Shown here: one piece after another, positions 1 through 13,243 of the stretch
How the letters are laid out: the number at the start of each line of letters is the position of its first letter
Numbering within the stretch: position 1 is the first letter of the stretch
Notes under the pieces: model-generated
Told to the model about the DNA's origin: nothing
Database searches by the model: none
Seen by the model: the letters and a program-made list of their open reading frames with translations, nothing else
DNA from: Stegostoma tigrinum
Taxonomy: Eukaryota
NCBI RefSeq assembly: GCF_030684315.1
Contig: NC_081384.1
Coordinates: 31,396,935 to 31,460,934, forward strand
Length of the DNA stretch: 64,000 nucleotides
Reading direction: 5' to 3'
Translations under genes and position numbers: made by a program

Positions 1-1134
1 GAATCAGCAAGGAGCCCAATAGAACTGTTGACTTTAAAAAAGAATAATGGTTTCAGTTGCAAGTTGTGTAAGAGGGGATTAGAAACAGAAAATATTCAAA
101 AGTGAGACATTACTTTTGGTAATTATGGGATGTATATTTTAAAATTCAGTTCAAAATTTGAAAGAAAAGCCCTAAGGTTATAGTCAAATTCGGACTGTGA
201 AGTAGGGTAATAAATGCAATAAGAATAGGAATAGACTTTGTAGGGAAGCAAACTTGTTTTTTGTGTTGTTTAGCTGGAGAAGTTTGTGACTCAACTACAA
301 GCTAATGGTAGCCAAGCTCTTCCCAGCAGCATGGAGGTGTGGGAGTGTTGGTTGGGTAGCTGGTTGGTTTTAGGTTGAGGGGTGGGAAGGGTCAGTGTGC
401 TGATTGGTGAAGGTGTTGAAGTAGTGGATTACAGATCAAACTGCCTGTCATCTGTATACAAGCAAAAAATCATTCTGTGAAGATTCAGGTATCATTGTGC
501 TATTTAGCAAAGCATATTCTAGAGATTTTCAGTCAAGTGAAAATGAAGCTTTGAAAGGGCAGCCATACAGACTTGGATATCGGGGGAGAGCCTACTGGTG
601 ATGGACAGCACGGTTAATCATTTTAAATCTTGTGGACAGATTGAGGTAGACAAGAAAACGTAATATACACAAACAGAGGCATTACATTCCCTCCTGCTAC
701 ATGGTTCTATTTTGAGTAGATATTCATAAACTGCAGTGGATTTGTAATATATAAGCTTCTAACTCAGAGGCTTGAGTGTTGCAAATTTAACAAAGTCAAT
801 TCTAGTTCATTATTTTTTTTATGAGCCTCACATTATCAAACAAAAATAAAAGGCATAGTGCATCAAATGATGAAGCAATGTATCACTGAGCTGTTTTCAT
901 GATTCATTGAAGTGTCTTTAAATGGTCAGGTTCAGTGAGAGAATGCGGTGGTTAGACTTGAAGTGTCTGGAATACCAAACTTGAATAATAATGTTGTGGA
1001 AATGCTTTTGCCTTTTTCAGAGCCTTCCAACTTTACTGCAAGTGTACATCAGTCCACGTTAGAATGGAGTACTGTTGGAACTCTGATGCAGAGTTCTCGC
1101 AAAATCAAATCACTCAAGTGAATTTCTAAAGTTT

Positions 1135-1340
1135 TAGATTTGTAGCTCAGGTTGTGGATCATGCAGTTGGTTGGCTCACCGAGCTGGGTCGCTGTTCCGC
1201 AGATGTTTCATTACTGTGCCGGGTAACAGGAGGAGGCTGCACTGATGATGGCTTGCCGAGCTGGTTTGTTGTTACCTGCTGGATAATGAAACATCTGCGG
1301 AACAACGAACTAGCTTGGTGAGCCAACCAACCGCAACACT
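1135..1340. mobile_element. Short inverted-repeat element related to the second Penelope family terminus
   Basis: Starts agatttgtagctcaggttg like 13256; arms ~1166-1213 and ~1284-1331 are reverse-complementary. Confidence 0.6.
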
Positions 1341-2859
1341 CAAGCGTATTTCTTGAACGTGACTGGAACTACCCGCTATTTTGAATTACTGGATGAAAAA
1401 GGACAGCATGTATTTAATAACTGACTCAAATCCTCACCGAGCCAACTGGTTTATCAGAGTGCTTCTGAAAACATTGAACCCAGACTTCGGGAATGTGTAG
1501 GTGTTGTGAAACACAAGATACTGTGTTTTGTATTGTGTCATCTGCCTAATAGTCATGTTGAGGAAACACTAATAGATAACAATCTGAGACAAATCCTTGT
1601 TCAAAAAACTGTGGCATAATCAATGAGCAAGGATTGTTTCAGTGAAATATGGTGAAGAGAAGGGCAACTAATGACAACTTTCCAAGGTATGAGTTTTGCT
1701 TCTCAATTAGAAAGTTTCTATTCCAGGATGCCAATTCAAGATGAAAGATCTGAGAGCTCTTTATCTTCAGACTAATAGGAAACTTGGGTGCATTGTTTTA
1801 GATTACTGCATGTGAGCTTGGGTGCAACATCCCAGATCAATGTAGAGTTTCAACAAATATTTGAAAAGTATGCTGAGGAATGTGTGAGGACAGGGATGGC
1901 AAGAATTAAGACCCCTTCTTGTCAAATTTAATATTGCAATCCAATCAATTCCACAGGCATCCATCGGTTTGTATCCTTTACGACTGGGAGAGAGTATTGC
2001 TGGGGACAAATGAAAGGAATCAAACATCATAATATGTCCTGGAAATGAGCCAGAGGCTGGACACAGCCACTCCTGCCTTCACCTGGAAAACGAATGGACC
2101 TGCTCCAAAGTGCTTGTGGAGGTGGTTCATCAGCGTAAAGGAGTTTTGCTTCTCATTTCCATTCGTGGGAACAAATGAGTGGTTCAATGGTAGGACCATT
2201 ACAAGATTGGGGAACAAATAAAACTTCAGGATGATACAGTTTAAAATGCCTTGGAGAAGACTGAGAGAGCAGATTTAATTAATTTAATTTAATTTAGTTC
2301 ATTTAACTAAATTAAATTAATTTCTTACTCCTGTCAGCCCAAACTTGGCTATTGTCCACAAATTGTTGTATTTGAACATGGACAGCTTGTACTAAATACT
2401 CCAAATAACCTCTTTCTGTGATATTAATGACTCTATGATATAATGTGCAGTATTCAATGCCCTCCTCTGTGAGAAGTTTTGAAGTGGGTGGCATTAATTA
2501 GGAATAGAGATTGTGGATTTATGTTACAGCTGCCTTCTTGTCTCTGCCCCAGTTTCATGCAAGCCAGGAAGACTTGTGAATAGTGTTCCCAATACATGTA
2601 AATCTAATTCCAGTCATGTGCATTTACTGCAGCACTGACCTATGATTGTTAATTAGTATGTTACCATTGACCTGCCCCAAGGGACCCCTCAGGAGGGTTG
2701 TCACTGCTCGCTCACAGAACAATCCCCCTTACTGCTGTCAGAGACAAAGCACCTGGGCTTCTATTCCCAGGTCTCACTGTCTTTTTTTTCACAGTCTCAG
2801 ATCTTGCTTTGTTACATCCAAATCCAGAACAATCCAAACCGATCAACACAAATTAAGTG

Positions 2860-3075
2860 AGATTGACTACAATGCCAAGATTTTTCTGACTCCTTTGAAA
2901 AGTGGCTTCTGGAAAGCCAACCAATGGAGTTGGATAAATGGAAACTGGCAGATGTAGTGCACTTGCATTTCCAAAAGGCATTTGATAAGGCTGCCACATC
3001 AAAAATGCTGCACTATACGAGAACTGATGAGGTAGGTGGTATCATATTAGCATGAATGGAAGATTAGCTAGGCAA
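2860..3075 (+). mobile_element. Degraded CR1-type LINE RT fragment
   Basis: Translates ADVVHLHFQKAFDK, resembling the CR1 DVVYLDFQKAFDKVPH motif. Confidence 0.65.
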
Positions 3076-3337
3076 CGGAGTAACACTCAGTTGAGACTTT
3101 GAACTTTAGAGGTTGTCAGCCAATAAAGAAAGGGCCAGAAATAGTATTCTTTTCAGATTTCCCTCGTGAATTTATTTAAACAGTCAAGTATAAACCATCA
3201 GCGATATAGTATTTGCTGTCCATCAGTAACCGTGCAGTAAAGCGTCATTACAAAACAGTAAAGATACCATTAATTCTATATATACCAGGTTTCTTAAAAC
3301 AAATTGTTCCAGCCTCTACTAGACATGCCTTTGGAGG

Positions 3338-4322
3338 TTAACTTCTTCAGTCAAATTGTGTCATTATGACAAACAACTGTTGCTAATGGGCTCTGGTCTC
3401 AACGTGGATTGTTTCTCAGGAATAGTCATTAAAATTCTGAAATATGGAATCATTGAGGGGATAAGAGATATTAGAGAATGAACAGATTTTAAATGGAATG
3501 AAATGAACTGAATGCCAGTAATTACACTGTCAATGATCAATTGTCCCACCTTCTGTTTGAGAAACTTTCGCAGTTTCCTGAAGTATTTGTGAATGGTGGT
3601 GTTTCCGCTGAGTCTGGCCTCTGTTCCAGATCTCTTAACACATTCATCTACTTCCCTGAACTGTCGATCAAGGAGAAGCCAGACATTCTACACCTTGTCC
3701 GGGGCCCAAGTGACTGTAGATCTTCTTGATGTGACGCAAGGTTTGATGAAGTATCTGGATCCTGTCCTGGGCCTGAAAAAAAAACACACACAGGGATCTT
3801 AGAGAAGGAACTGTTTCCCATTTCATCTAATTCCAACTGCTAGAAGCAACTAGGGAGGACATGAGGAAGAATGGTGTCACATGGAGTGTGATGAGTGCCT
3901 GGAATTCTCTGCACTTCTTGGTGCTTGAGAAAGCCTCAACTCATTTAAAATGAACCTGGATCTGCACTTAGCTCTGTACTCTGTAAAACTGGAGTTGGAA
4001 ATTGAATTTGACTGTGTGCTGAGTATATTCACCTAACATAGACACGGTGCACTGAATGGTCTCTTTCTGTGCATTTTCTATTTCAGTCAAACCTGACTTC
4101 AAACAGCACATGACACTTTTCTGAATCCAGTGGATATCTGATATTGAAACTCTAAGTTGTTGATCTTAAATGCTTTCCAGAAAACTTCTGTCAGAAGATT
4201 TAAAAATAAACTCCAGTCCAGTGTCCACTCACCTGTAAACCTTCTGGAAGCTTCACCAAGTTCAAGAGCTTGAATTTGAGCATGGACCTGTCTTTCAAAC
4301 ATTATCAGAGAAAATGAGAGCC
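3338..4322 (-). pseudogene. Type I interferon pseudogene (copy 1): exon 2 4233-4322, exon 3 3550-3772, exon 4 3338-3436; exon 1 probably inside the N gap
   Basis: Exon 2 translates GSHFL**CLKDRSMLKFKLLNLVKLPEGLQ. Exon 3 (AQDRIQILHQTLRHIKKIY...YFRKLRKFLKQK) is 223 bp rather than 240 (17-bp deletion) and also has a TAG. Exon 4 reads NFNDYS*ETIHVETRAH*QQL. AG/GT boundaries match the intact copies. Confidence 0.9.
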
Positions 4323-4447
4323 CTGCGAGAAGACATTCATTGATTTAGCAAGATCAGGAACAGAAATACTGGAGAATCGCTTACTATTAATGGTATAATG
4401 GAGCAAAACTAAAAACTATTCAGCAATGACCAGACCCAGTGAGATTC

Positions 4448-4584
4448 NNNNNNNNNNNNNNNNNNNNNNNNNNNNNNNNNNNNNNNNNNNNNNNNNNNNN
4501 NNNNNNNNNNNNNNNNNNNNNNNNNNNNNNNNNNNNNNNNNNNNNNNNNNNNNNNNNNNNNNNNNNNNNNNNNNNNNNNNNNNN
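4448..4584. other. Assembly gap (N run)
   Basis: Run of n characters. Confidence 1.
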
Positions 4585-4675
4585 CTGCCCAAGCTGCCAC
4601 TGTCTATTGGAGGAATAATGAGTGAGGTGTGGGCATACCATTCAAAAAATGAAATACAGTAGAATGTCTCAGTGG

Positions 4676-4827
4676 TGAATTTATTTAAATAGTCCAGGAC
4701 AAACTATCAGTGATATAGTATTTGCTCTCCATCAGTAACCATGCAGTAAAGTATCATTACAAAACAGTCAATATACCATAAATTCTGTATATAACAGGTT
4801 ATTTAAAACAAATTGTTCCAGCCTCTA
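4676..4827 (-). pseudogene. Isolated paralogous fragment of the copy-1 3' UTR region
   Basis: Aligns by eye to 3166-3318 (gtgaatttatttaaa...gatatagtatttgct...aaacaaattgttccagcctcta), which lies just downstream of copy-1 exon 4. Confidence 0.75.
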
Positions 4828-5300
4828 TCTGTCCGACACTGTCTGCAGCCTTTAACACGTTTGATCACATCATATCGTCGGCCAGCCTTCACCAGCAGCT
4901 GGCTGCGATTGTAATTGCCTCGTTCTACTCTGACCCATGTAATTGTAGCGAGCAAATCACCCGCAGCGACTTCTTTTCCTGATCTCACCGTGTTCCTCCT
5001 GGTATCTCCTCAGGATCTACACTCTTCATAATCAACCTATCCATGGATGTTGTTACACACATTTGGAGCAGGCATGAATTGAAACTAGTTCTCCATGCTC
5101 AAAGGCAGAGGCACTACCACCCTGGTGCATTTCGCAGCTACACACTGCCGAGTGGTGGCATCATCTGACTTCAGTTAGTACTTATCTGCATTCAGAACAA
5201 AATTCTACCTCACCATCAGCTTTCTCCACTCCTCCAGCCTCTGAACTATCAGACTGCTGATCCAAACTTCTCTTTTCATGGAGAAGAAGTTTCTTTCAAT
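4828..5300 (+). mobile_element. Degraded L2-type LINE RT fragment
   Basis: LSAAFNTFDH (cf. LSAAFDTVDH) at ~4839-4868, and a degraded GVPQGS-like stretch near 5000-5020. Confidence 0.55.
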
Positions 5301-5339
5301 TAAAAATCTGAAGGCTTGTCTTATGAAGGAAGGTTGAAG

Positions 5340-7900
5340 GCCTCAGGTAAGTATCCATTAGCATATACAATAATGAGAGATCACCTTATTGTAAAATATG
5401 GATTCTTGGGGGGGGATTTGACTAAGTAGATGCTGAGATGTACCCCTTTATGGGGGAATCTGTAACATATTTGACAGTTTCAGAATCAGGTACCCCCTAC
5501 TTAAGCTGAAGACGAGGGGGCTTTTCTAATGAGGGTGCCGGGAAAGGCAAGAATGTAAAGTTACAATCATAGTCAGGGCAGTCATAATCTTATTAAACAG
5601 TGGAGCAGGTTTAATGAGACTAATAGCCTATTCATTTTCCTATTTCCAATGTTGAGACCACTGAAACTACTGTTAGAGTCCCCAGCAGAATATCTCTTCC
5701 CCAGTCATGGATGCCATCCCTCTCCCTGGAAACTGTCTGAGTCTGAACCAGACTTTTTGCAAACCTGCTTTCATGTTTGACCCAGAGGTGAGTATGAATA
5801 AGACTGCCTACTTCCACTTCGATAATGTCCCCTGACTCTAACCTACATCAGTAGCTACTGCTGAAATACTCATCTCCATTTATACTCCCATTTGCCTCAG
5901 TTTGCAATGTTTGCTTCCAGCCTCCCTCAAGATCAATTCCCTTCCATAAGGCCATAAATTGGAGGAGCTGAAGTTGGCCATTCAGTCCATCCAGCCTGCT
6001 TCACCATGACTGAGCTGTTAACCATCAACTCTACTTTCCTGCCCTTTCCTCACAACCCTTGATTACTGGTTAAGAAGCTGTCTATCTCAATGTTAAGTAT
6101 ACTTAACAACCCAGACTTGTTAGACCTCTGCAATTAAAAAAATCACAAATTCACTATCTCTGACAATAGAAATTTCTCATCTCTGGCTGACTGCACACTC
6201 TGAAACTGTGCCTGTGACACGAGTGTTTCCCTCGAAAGAAAACAACATCTCTGCATCAACCCTGTGAAGTTCCTAAGAATCTAGCATTGTTCAATAAGGT
6301 GGCCTCTCATTCTTCTAAGCTCCAAAGAGTCCAGGCCCAATTAAGGGGTGATAGATTTAAGACAGATGTCAGAGGCAGGTTCTTTACTCAGAGTGGTAAG
6401 GGCGCGGAACGCCCTGCTTGCCAATGTAATTAACTCAGCCACGTTAGGGGCATTTAAACAGTCCTTGGACAAACATATGGATAATGATGGGATAGAGTAG
6501 GGGGAGGGGCTTAGATTAGTTCACAGGTCAGCGAAACATTGAAGGCTGAAGGGCCTGTTCTGCGCTGTATTGTTCTCTGTTCTATGTTCTAATCTACTCA
6601 ACCATTCCTCATAAGACAAACCGTCCCTATACAGGCTCAACTTAGTGAAGGTTCTCTGCATGGCCTTCAATGACAATATATCTTTCCTGAGATAAGGGGA
6701 CCAAAACTGGTCACAATATTCCAGGTGTGGTCTAACTAATGTCTTGTTTGTTTTTAATAAGACTCAGCTATTTTTATACTCTGAAGCCTTTGAATTAAGG
6801 CCATCATTCCATTTGCTTTACCTGATACTTGCTAAACTTGAATTTTGTGATTCACGCACAAGGACTCCTAAATCTCTGTTCTTTTCACTTTCTACCATGC
6901 TTCTCCATTCTTCCTGCTCTATTCTTCCTGTCAATGTGCATAACATCAGATGTTCCAACATTACATCCTGCATGTTAAGTCTTTGCCTATTCACTTATCT
7001 TGTCTAAATCCTTCTGCATACTCATGACATATTTCTCAACATTTACCATCGACCTATTTTTGTGGCATCTGTAAACTTGACTCTGTATAAATTTGACTTT
7101 CCTGATTCAAATCATTAATAATGGTCTGAGAATCAATTGTACCCTTCAAATTTGATTTCCCCTTTACTTTAATTTTGATCCTTTTCATTCAGTTTAATCC
7201 TCAACCCTCAGACATTGACAGCTTATTCTGTTCACCAATAGATTCTCCATTTTTAACATGTACCACCTGGAAGACACGCTGACCTATATGCTCCTCTGTA
7301 TGTGATTTGCTCAGTTCCTCAGCAGCTGATTTCCTAGTTCCATTCAGCACCAAACATCACAGTTTCACAGCATGGTGACTGTACAAAAGATGCCATTCAG
7401 CCTCTCTCCTGTATGTTGGGTCTGTGAAGATGAGTTGGTTTGTCTAATTTAACACACTTGGTCTTGTACATTCATCTTTTCAAGAAAATATTCCACCTTC
7501 TCCTTTGATTGCTCTCCACCACAATCTCAGGCAGCCTGTGCCAGCTCCCAACCACTCATTTCATGAAGAGGCCATTCCTCATGTCACCATTGGATATTTC
7601 TGCCATTACTTGAAATCTCTGTCTGCTTCTGCCCATCCATTGCATCAATGGGGAACATTTATCCCTGTCTACTCTGTCCAGGCACCTCATCACTTTAAAT
7701 ACCTCAGTAAATTATCCACTCAACATGCTTTTCTGCAAGGAAGCCACTCCCCAATTCTCCAATGTAAATGCAGTAATGAAGTTGCTCATCCCTGCACCTA
7801 TCCTTCTGAATCCATCAGAACTGCTTTAGTTTGTTGCTAAAGTGTAGTGCCCAACAACCACATGATATTCCACTGAGGCCAAACCTATACTGTTATTTAA
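5340..7900. mobile_element. Nested degraded CR1-like LINE 3' fragments in both orientations; a younger plus-strand 3' end at ~6342-6590
   Basis: CR1-like 3' text (agatttaagacagatgtcagaggcaggttctttactcagagtggt...ttctatgttcta tail). Boundaries approximate. Confidence 0.55.
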
Positions 7901-8387
7901 GTTTAATGTAATTTCTTTACAGATAATATTCTCTAGCCGTATGGATAAAGTCTCGGGAGGTAGATAAATTTTGAAGTTCTATCACGTTGTCCTCTCTGTC
8001 AATTTGTCATGGATTTAAGCGGATATATGCAAAAGGCCCTCTGCCACTGCGCCCCTTGACAATTTAATCATTTTGTTCGGCGGTGCTTGCTATCAAAAAT
8101 AAATCGCTTCTCATTTCAACTAAGTAATTTCAGTCCGCCACATGCTGAGCCGTTCTACACAAAAGTTTTCTCATTTGAAGTTCTACATTTTGTCCAAAAT
8201 TCCTTGTCGCTATCAAACGTACCAACAAAGTACCATGATCACCCTGACTGTCATCCCTCACAAATAATTCCAGCAACTTTGTTAACAGTGACCTTAATCC
8301 AACATATCCACCTCCCACATAGCAGTTCCTAAAGTATAAGGGACAGAGTAAGATCCCAATCCTGTTCTGGGGGCAGCTGACACTCAC

Positions 8388-8513
8388 CATTTCGTTCAGT
8401 TTGCTCAGAGTCTCTGTGTTGAGAACTTGCTGCAGCCTCTCACAGCCCAGACTCAGGCTCCCGGACACCAAACCCAGCACCATCCAAAATCTCCAAACCG
8501 TCGCCAGACACAT
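8388..8513 (-). CDS. Orphan type I IFN exon 1B (signal peptide plus start of the mature protein), with a 6-bp in-frame deletion
   Basis: MCLATVWRFWMVLGLVSGSLSLGCERLQQVLNTETLSKLNEM followed by a GTGAGT donor; nearly identical to the 1B exons at 19135, 27497, 35581 and 51529. Confidence 0.85.
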
Positions 8514-8659
8514 GTTGTACCGAGACAGAAGGTAGCACCGAGGTGGAAGATGAGAAAGCGGTCAGTGTGCAGTCGGAGCGGATTGTGACCCGGGAGCGAC
8601 CGCCTGTGCTGCCGAGTGCTGTGAGTGTGAGCCTGGGCTCTGCTGGTTGCTCTCACCGG

Positions 8660-9443
8660 CACTGCCATGCTGGCGGCTCGAAAGGGGCACATTACATTCC
8701 AAAAGTGAAAACTGCTCCCAGGATTTTTAGAGCGCCTGGAGCAGGAGTGTGTGCTGTTGCTTTCTGAGGTAAGGAATCGAAATGCTGGAGATTCCCGAAG
8801 CTGCGGCTGGAAAATCCCGGGTCGCTAATCGCAACCTGCGCTCGATTTGCAGCTGAATGTTGAGTGTGTTCAGATGATCGGGCACTGAGCTGGTGCAGGG
8901 GGAGGCTCTGTACTTGGCTGGTGGGATTGGGGACTGGGTCGGGATATGTACTTGGGGCTGGATGTCCTAATCCGGATTATAGAGACCCCGTACGCGGAAA
9001 TCCCCGGTGTCACGGCGCTAGTCGCGTTCCCATTTTCCAGGTTGGAGATGACAGGGAGCCCGGGTCACAGGCCTGGCTCACCGGCTGCTGGCGACTGTCT
9101 CCGCTCACATTCACCTGGCCCAGAATCCGCTCCCTCACTGGAGCAAGGTTCCCACTTCCAGCTCGGATTCCGGAAATATTTTCAGGATCCCTATGGAATC
9201 ACCAGGATCCTAGTCCGAAAGTGATCCCTCTCCCTTTCCTTTCATCGCTTCTTTCTGCTCTCTCTCTTTCCCGGGAAAGTGTCTTTGTCGGTTTCTCTCT
9301 GCAAATGTACCTCGTGTCTATTTTCTCAAAAGCGAAAGTGCCTCAGGGAAAGTGACGCGTTTTGTCATTTCCGAAAGGGAGAGGAGTTTGTAAACACAGC
9401 GGGTCAGACTGAGAGGGGGCAGGACAAGGAACATGTGGGAAAG
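8660..9443 (-). promoter_or_regulatory. Exon-1B promoter cassette (CpG-rich, with IRF and NF-kB-like motifs); copies at ~19400-20180, 27780-28560, 35870-36640, 41970-42750, 51820-52590, 57920-58700
   Basis: IRF-type AAAAGTGAAAA at ~8701; kB-like GGAGATTCCC, GGAAAATCCC and GGAAATCCCC; a distal cluster of GAAAGTG/AAAAGCGAAAGTG at ~9217-9355. Motif calls are by consensus resemblance only. Confidence 0.65.
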
Positions 9444-11794
9444 TGTGGAGCTGGATGAACACAGGCCAAGCAGCATCCTCGGAGGACAAAAACTGATGTT
9501 TCGGGCCTAGACCCTGCATCAGAGAGGGGGATGGGGAGAGGGTTCTGGAATAAATAGGGAGAGAGGGGGAAGCGGACCGAAGATGGATAGAGGAGAAGAT
9601 AGGTGGAGAGGAGACAGACAAGTTAAAGAGGCGGGGATGGAGCCAGTGGGGGTAACTATTTGTGGGGAGGTAGGGAGGGGATAGGTCAGTCCTGGGTGGA
9701 TAGAGAGGTCAAGGAGGCGGGATGAGGTTAGTAGGTACGAAATGGAGGTGCGGCTTGAGGTGGGAGGAGGGGATAGGTGAGAGGAAGGACAGGTTAGGGA
9801 GGCGGGGTCGAGCTGGGCTGGTTTAGGGATGCAGTGGGGGAGGGGGAGATTTTGAAGCTTGTGAAGTCCACATTGATACCATATGGCTGCAGGGTTCCCA
9901 AGCGGAATGTGAGTTGCTGTTCCTGCAACATACGGGTGGCATCATTGTGGCACTGCAGGAGGCCCAGGATACACATGTCATCTGAGGAATGGGAGAGGGA
10001 GTTTAAATGGTTCACAACTGGGAGGTACAGTTGTTTATTGCGAACCGAGCGGAGGTGTTCTGCAAAGCAGTCCCCAAGCCTCCCTTGATTTCCCCAATGT
10101 AGAGGAAGCCGCACCGGGTATAGTGGATACAGTATACCACATTGGCAGATGTGCAGGTGAACATCTGCTTGATGTGGAAAGTCATCTTGGGGCTTGGGAT
10201 GGGGGTGAGGGAGGAGGTGTGGGGGCAAGTGTAGCATTTCCTGCGGTTGCACGGGAAAGTGCTGGATCTGGTGGGGCTGGAGGGCAGTGTGGAGCGGACA
10301 AGTGAGTCCCAGAGAGAGCGGTCTCTCCGGAAAGCAGACAAGGGTGGGGATGGAAAAATGTCTTTGGCGGTGGGGTCGGATTGTAGATAGTGCAAGTATT
10401 GGAGGATGATGTGTTGTATCAGGAGGTTGGTGGGGTGGTATGTGAGGACTCGGGGGATTATCTTTTGGCGGTTATTGCGGGGCGGGGTGTGAGGGATGAG
10501 TTGCGGGAAATGCGGGAGACGCGGTCAAGGGTGTTCTCGACCACTGTGAGGGGAAAGTTGCGGTCTCTGAAGAACTTGGACATCTGGGATGTGCGGGAGT
10601 GGAATGCCTCATCGTGGGAGCAGATGCAGCGGAGGCGGAGGAATTGGGAATACGGGATGGAATTTTTGCAGGAAGGTGGGTGGGAGGAGGTGTATTCTAG
10701 GTAGCTGTGGGAGTCAGTGGGCTTGAAATGGACATCAGTTTCTAGGTGGTTGCCTGAGATGGAGACAGAGGGGATCCAGGAAGGTGAGGGATGTGTTGGG
10801 GATGGTCCAGGTGAACTTGAGGTTGGGGTGGAAGGTGTTGGTGAAGTGGATGAATTGTTTGAGCTCTTCTTGGGAGCATGAGGTCGTGCCAATACTGTCA
10901 TCAATGTAACGGAGGAAGAGGTGGGATTTAGGGCCAAAGTAGGTGCGGAAGAGGGAGTATTCCTACAAAGAGGCAGGCATAGCTTGGGCCCATGCAGGTA
11001 CCCATGGCCACCCCCTATGTCTGTAGGAAGTGGGAGGAATCGAAAGAAAAGTTATTGAGGGTGATGACGAGTTCAGCTAGGCGGATGAGAGGGACTGGTC
11101 AGGTCTATGGGGCAGGAAGAAGTGGAGGGCCTTTAGGCCATCTGCATGCGGAATACAGGTGTATAGGGACTGGACATCCATGGTGAAAATGAGGTGTTGG
11201 GGACTAGGGTATTGGAAGTTCTGGAGGAGGTGGAGGACATGGGAGGTGTCACAGACGTTGGTAGGGATTTCCTGGACCAAGGAGGAGAAAACAGAGTCCA
11301 GATAGGTGGAGATTAGTTTGGTGGGGCAGGAGCAGGTGGAAACAATGGTTCGACCAGGGCAGGCAGGTTTGTGGATTTTGGGAAGGAGATGGAAGCGGGC
11401 AGTGTGAGGTTGGGGATCAGTGAGGTTGGAGGCTGTGGGTGGGGGGGTCATCTGAGGTGAAGAGGTTGTGAACGGTTTGGGAGATGATGGTCTGGTGCTC
11501 GGGGGTGGGGTCATGATCCCGAGGGTGGTAGGAGGAGGTGTCAGAGAGTTGGCATCTGGCCTCAGTGATGTAGACGTCAGTGTGCCATACTACAACTGTG
11601 CCTCCCTTGTCTGCGGGTTTTATGGTGATGTTGGGATTGGAGCGGAGGGCTGCCTGTTCTGTGGGGGAGAGGTTGGAGTGGGTGGGAACGGTGGAGAGGT
11701 TGAGGCGGTTGATATCTTGACGGCAGTTGGAGACGAAGCGGTCGAGGGAGGGTCGGTCTCGGATTCTCCAGCATCTGCAGTTCCCATTATCTCT
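9444..11794 (-). mobile_element. Penelope-like retroelement (RT + GIY-YIG endonuclease; Cys-rich linker suggests Neptune-type), 5'-truncated and frameshifted
   Basis: ORF pieces IKPADKGGTVVVW, LPKIHK, MDVQSLYTCIPH, KPTDSHSYL..SSHP..CK.SIPYSQFLRLR.ICS, CNRRKCYTC and VVYCIHYTRCGFLYIGE. 18-bp direct repeat aaggaacatgtgggaaag at 9426-9443 and 11795-11812. Confidence 0.9.
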
Positions 11795-13243
11795 AAGGAA
11801 CATGTGGGAAAGAGCTTGTGATATTCCAGAATATGTTGGTTCAGGGGCAAATGTCTCCAAAGCACTTTTCAGTTGGAACTACAATCCACAGTAACATTTG
11901 GAATGAATTGAGTCATTGATTTTTGTAATGAAATGTTGTTTACGGAAATTGGAACTCAAACTGTATTTTCCATTTAAAACAATTCCAGGCTGGAGTGATT
12001 TTTGATCAAGAAGCAAATCATAAGTTTTTTATAGTGCCTGAAATCAAATAATGAACTGCAGACACTCGAAATTTGAAGATAAAACAGGAGTATTTGGAGA
12101 AAATTAGCAGTCCTACAGCAAATGTGGTGAGAAAGCAGAATCAGCGTGACTCGGACCGTACTTCAGAACTAATGTCAAAACGTTCACTTGGAGATCGCTC
12201 CACCTGTGCTGCCATACCTGATGGGTTTCTCCAGAAATTTCTGTTTCTCTCAAGAGTGTGACCTGCAAATTCGAGTCAAGGCCACAACCCGATAAATCTG
12301 TAACAGAATAATGGTGATACTTGAGGTTTCAAGTGGCCTATCTCTGTGCATGTGTATGTGATGAAGTATTTTGTACAAAAACTGATTATCGCCATGCAAG
12401 CCAAGATGCTGTGAGTTATAATAGCACTCGTCACACTTTGACTTCCTTAATGCTGGGCGATGTCAATCTCAGGCATGGTCTACTTTCTCTATCGGTACTC
12501 AATGGCAGATACTCTCAGCATTCAGCATTCTCAGGTCACTTCAATTCACTTATCACATTTGCCCCTCCCTCCAACCAGTTTTTCTCCTTTCCAGCTGAGC
12601 ATCCGTAAGTGTAATCCACTTTTGCTGCTGAACCAGAGTACAAATTTCAGTGGAAGATGTGTAAAAGTTGAAAAATTAGACAATTGAAACAATGAAAATT
12701 GGATTTGTGTGTCTGAGTATTGAGGAAAAAAACAATTGTGCAAGGTGGAGATTGTTGATGAGGAGGAGCAAGAGTAACAGGAATGGAGACGGAAATATCC
12801 ACAGCATTTATAATCAATGTGAAAAAGTTTAATAACAAGAGATACAATGTTAATTCAATAAAAGTGTAATATTATTAAAACCAATTTATTTATATAAATG
12901 AGCTCCTATTCAGAATTTTAAAATTCCCAGATGGAAAAATAGTGTACTCCACACATATAATAAATAGCAATAAATTAACATCTTTATGTTACTTAACATA
13001 CTGTATAAAATTGTAGCATTTCAATAAGTTTAGACTTCATGTCAATAAATAGGAATAATTTGGAATAACTGAGATGGGTTGCAAGGGTGTAAAAGAGGTG
13101 ACAACGTCAGTGTGTCTCTGACATCACCGAAGTCCAAGTGCAACTCTGACATTTCAAAACAGACTCCACACACAGTGAAACCTCAAAATCGCAACAGGAG
13201 AAAATATCCCCACAATAAATAACAGTAAATTGAAGTGCATAAT

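Noticed and set aside
460-2230. Coding-looking stretches (~470-660, 1370-1690, 1950-2220) as exons of a neighbouring gene
   Set aside because: The frames I tried contain stops and I recognised no protein family; BLASTx would be needed.
2272-2322. AT-rich quasi-palindrome
   Set aside because: Low-complexity sequence with no supportable function.
8864-9355. Recurrent plus-strand ORFs (MCSDDRALSW..., MYLGLDVLIR...) upstream of each exon 1B, as a divergent gene
   Set aside because: No recognisable domain. Recurrence follows from cassette duplication, and frames shift between copies (19600, 42167), so coding is not preserved.
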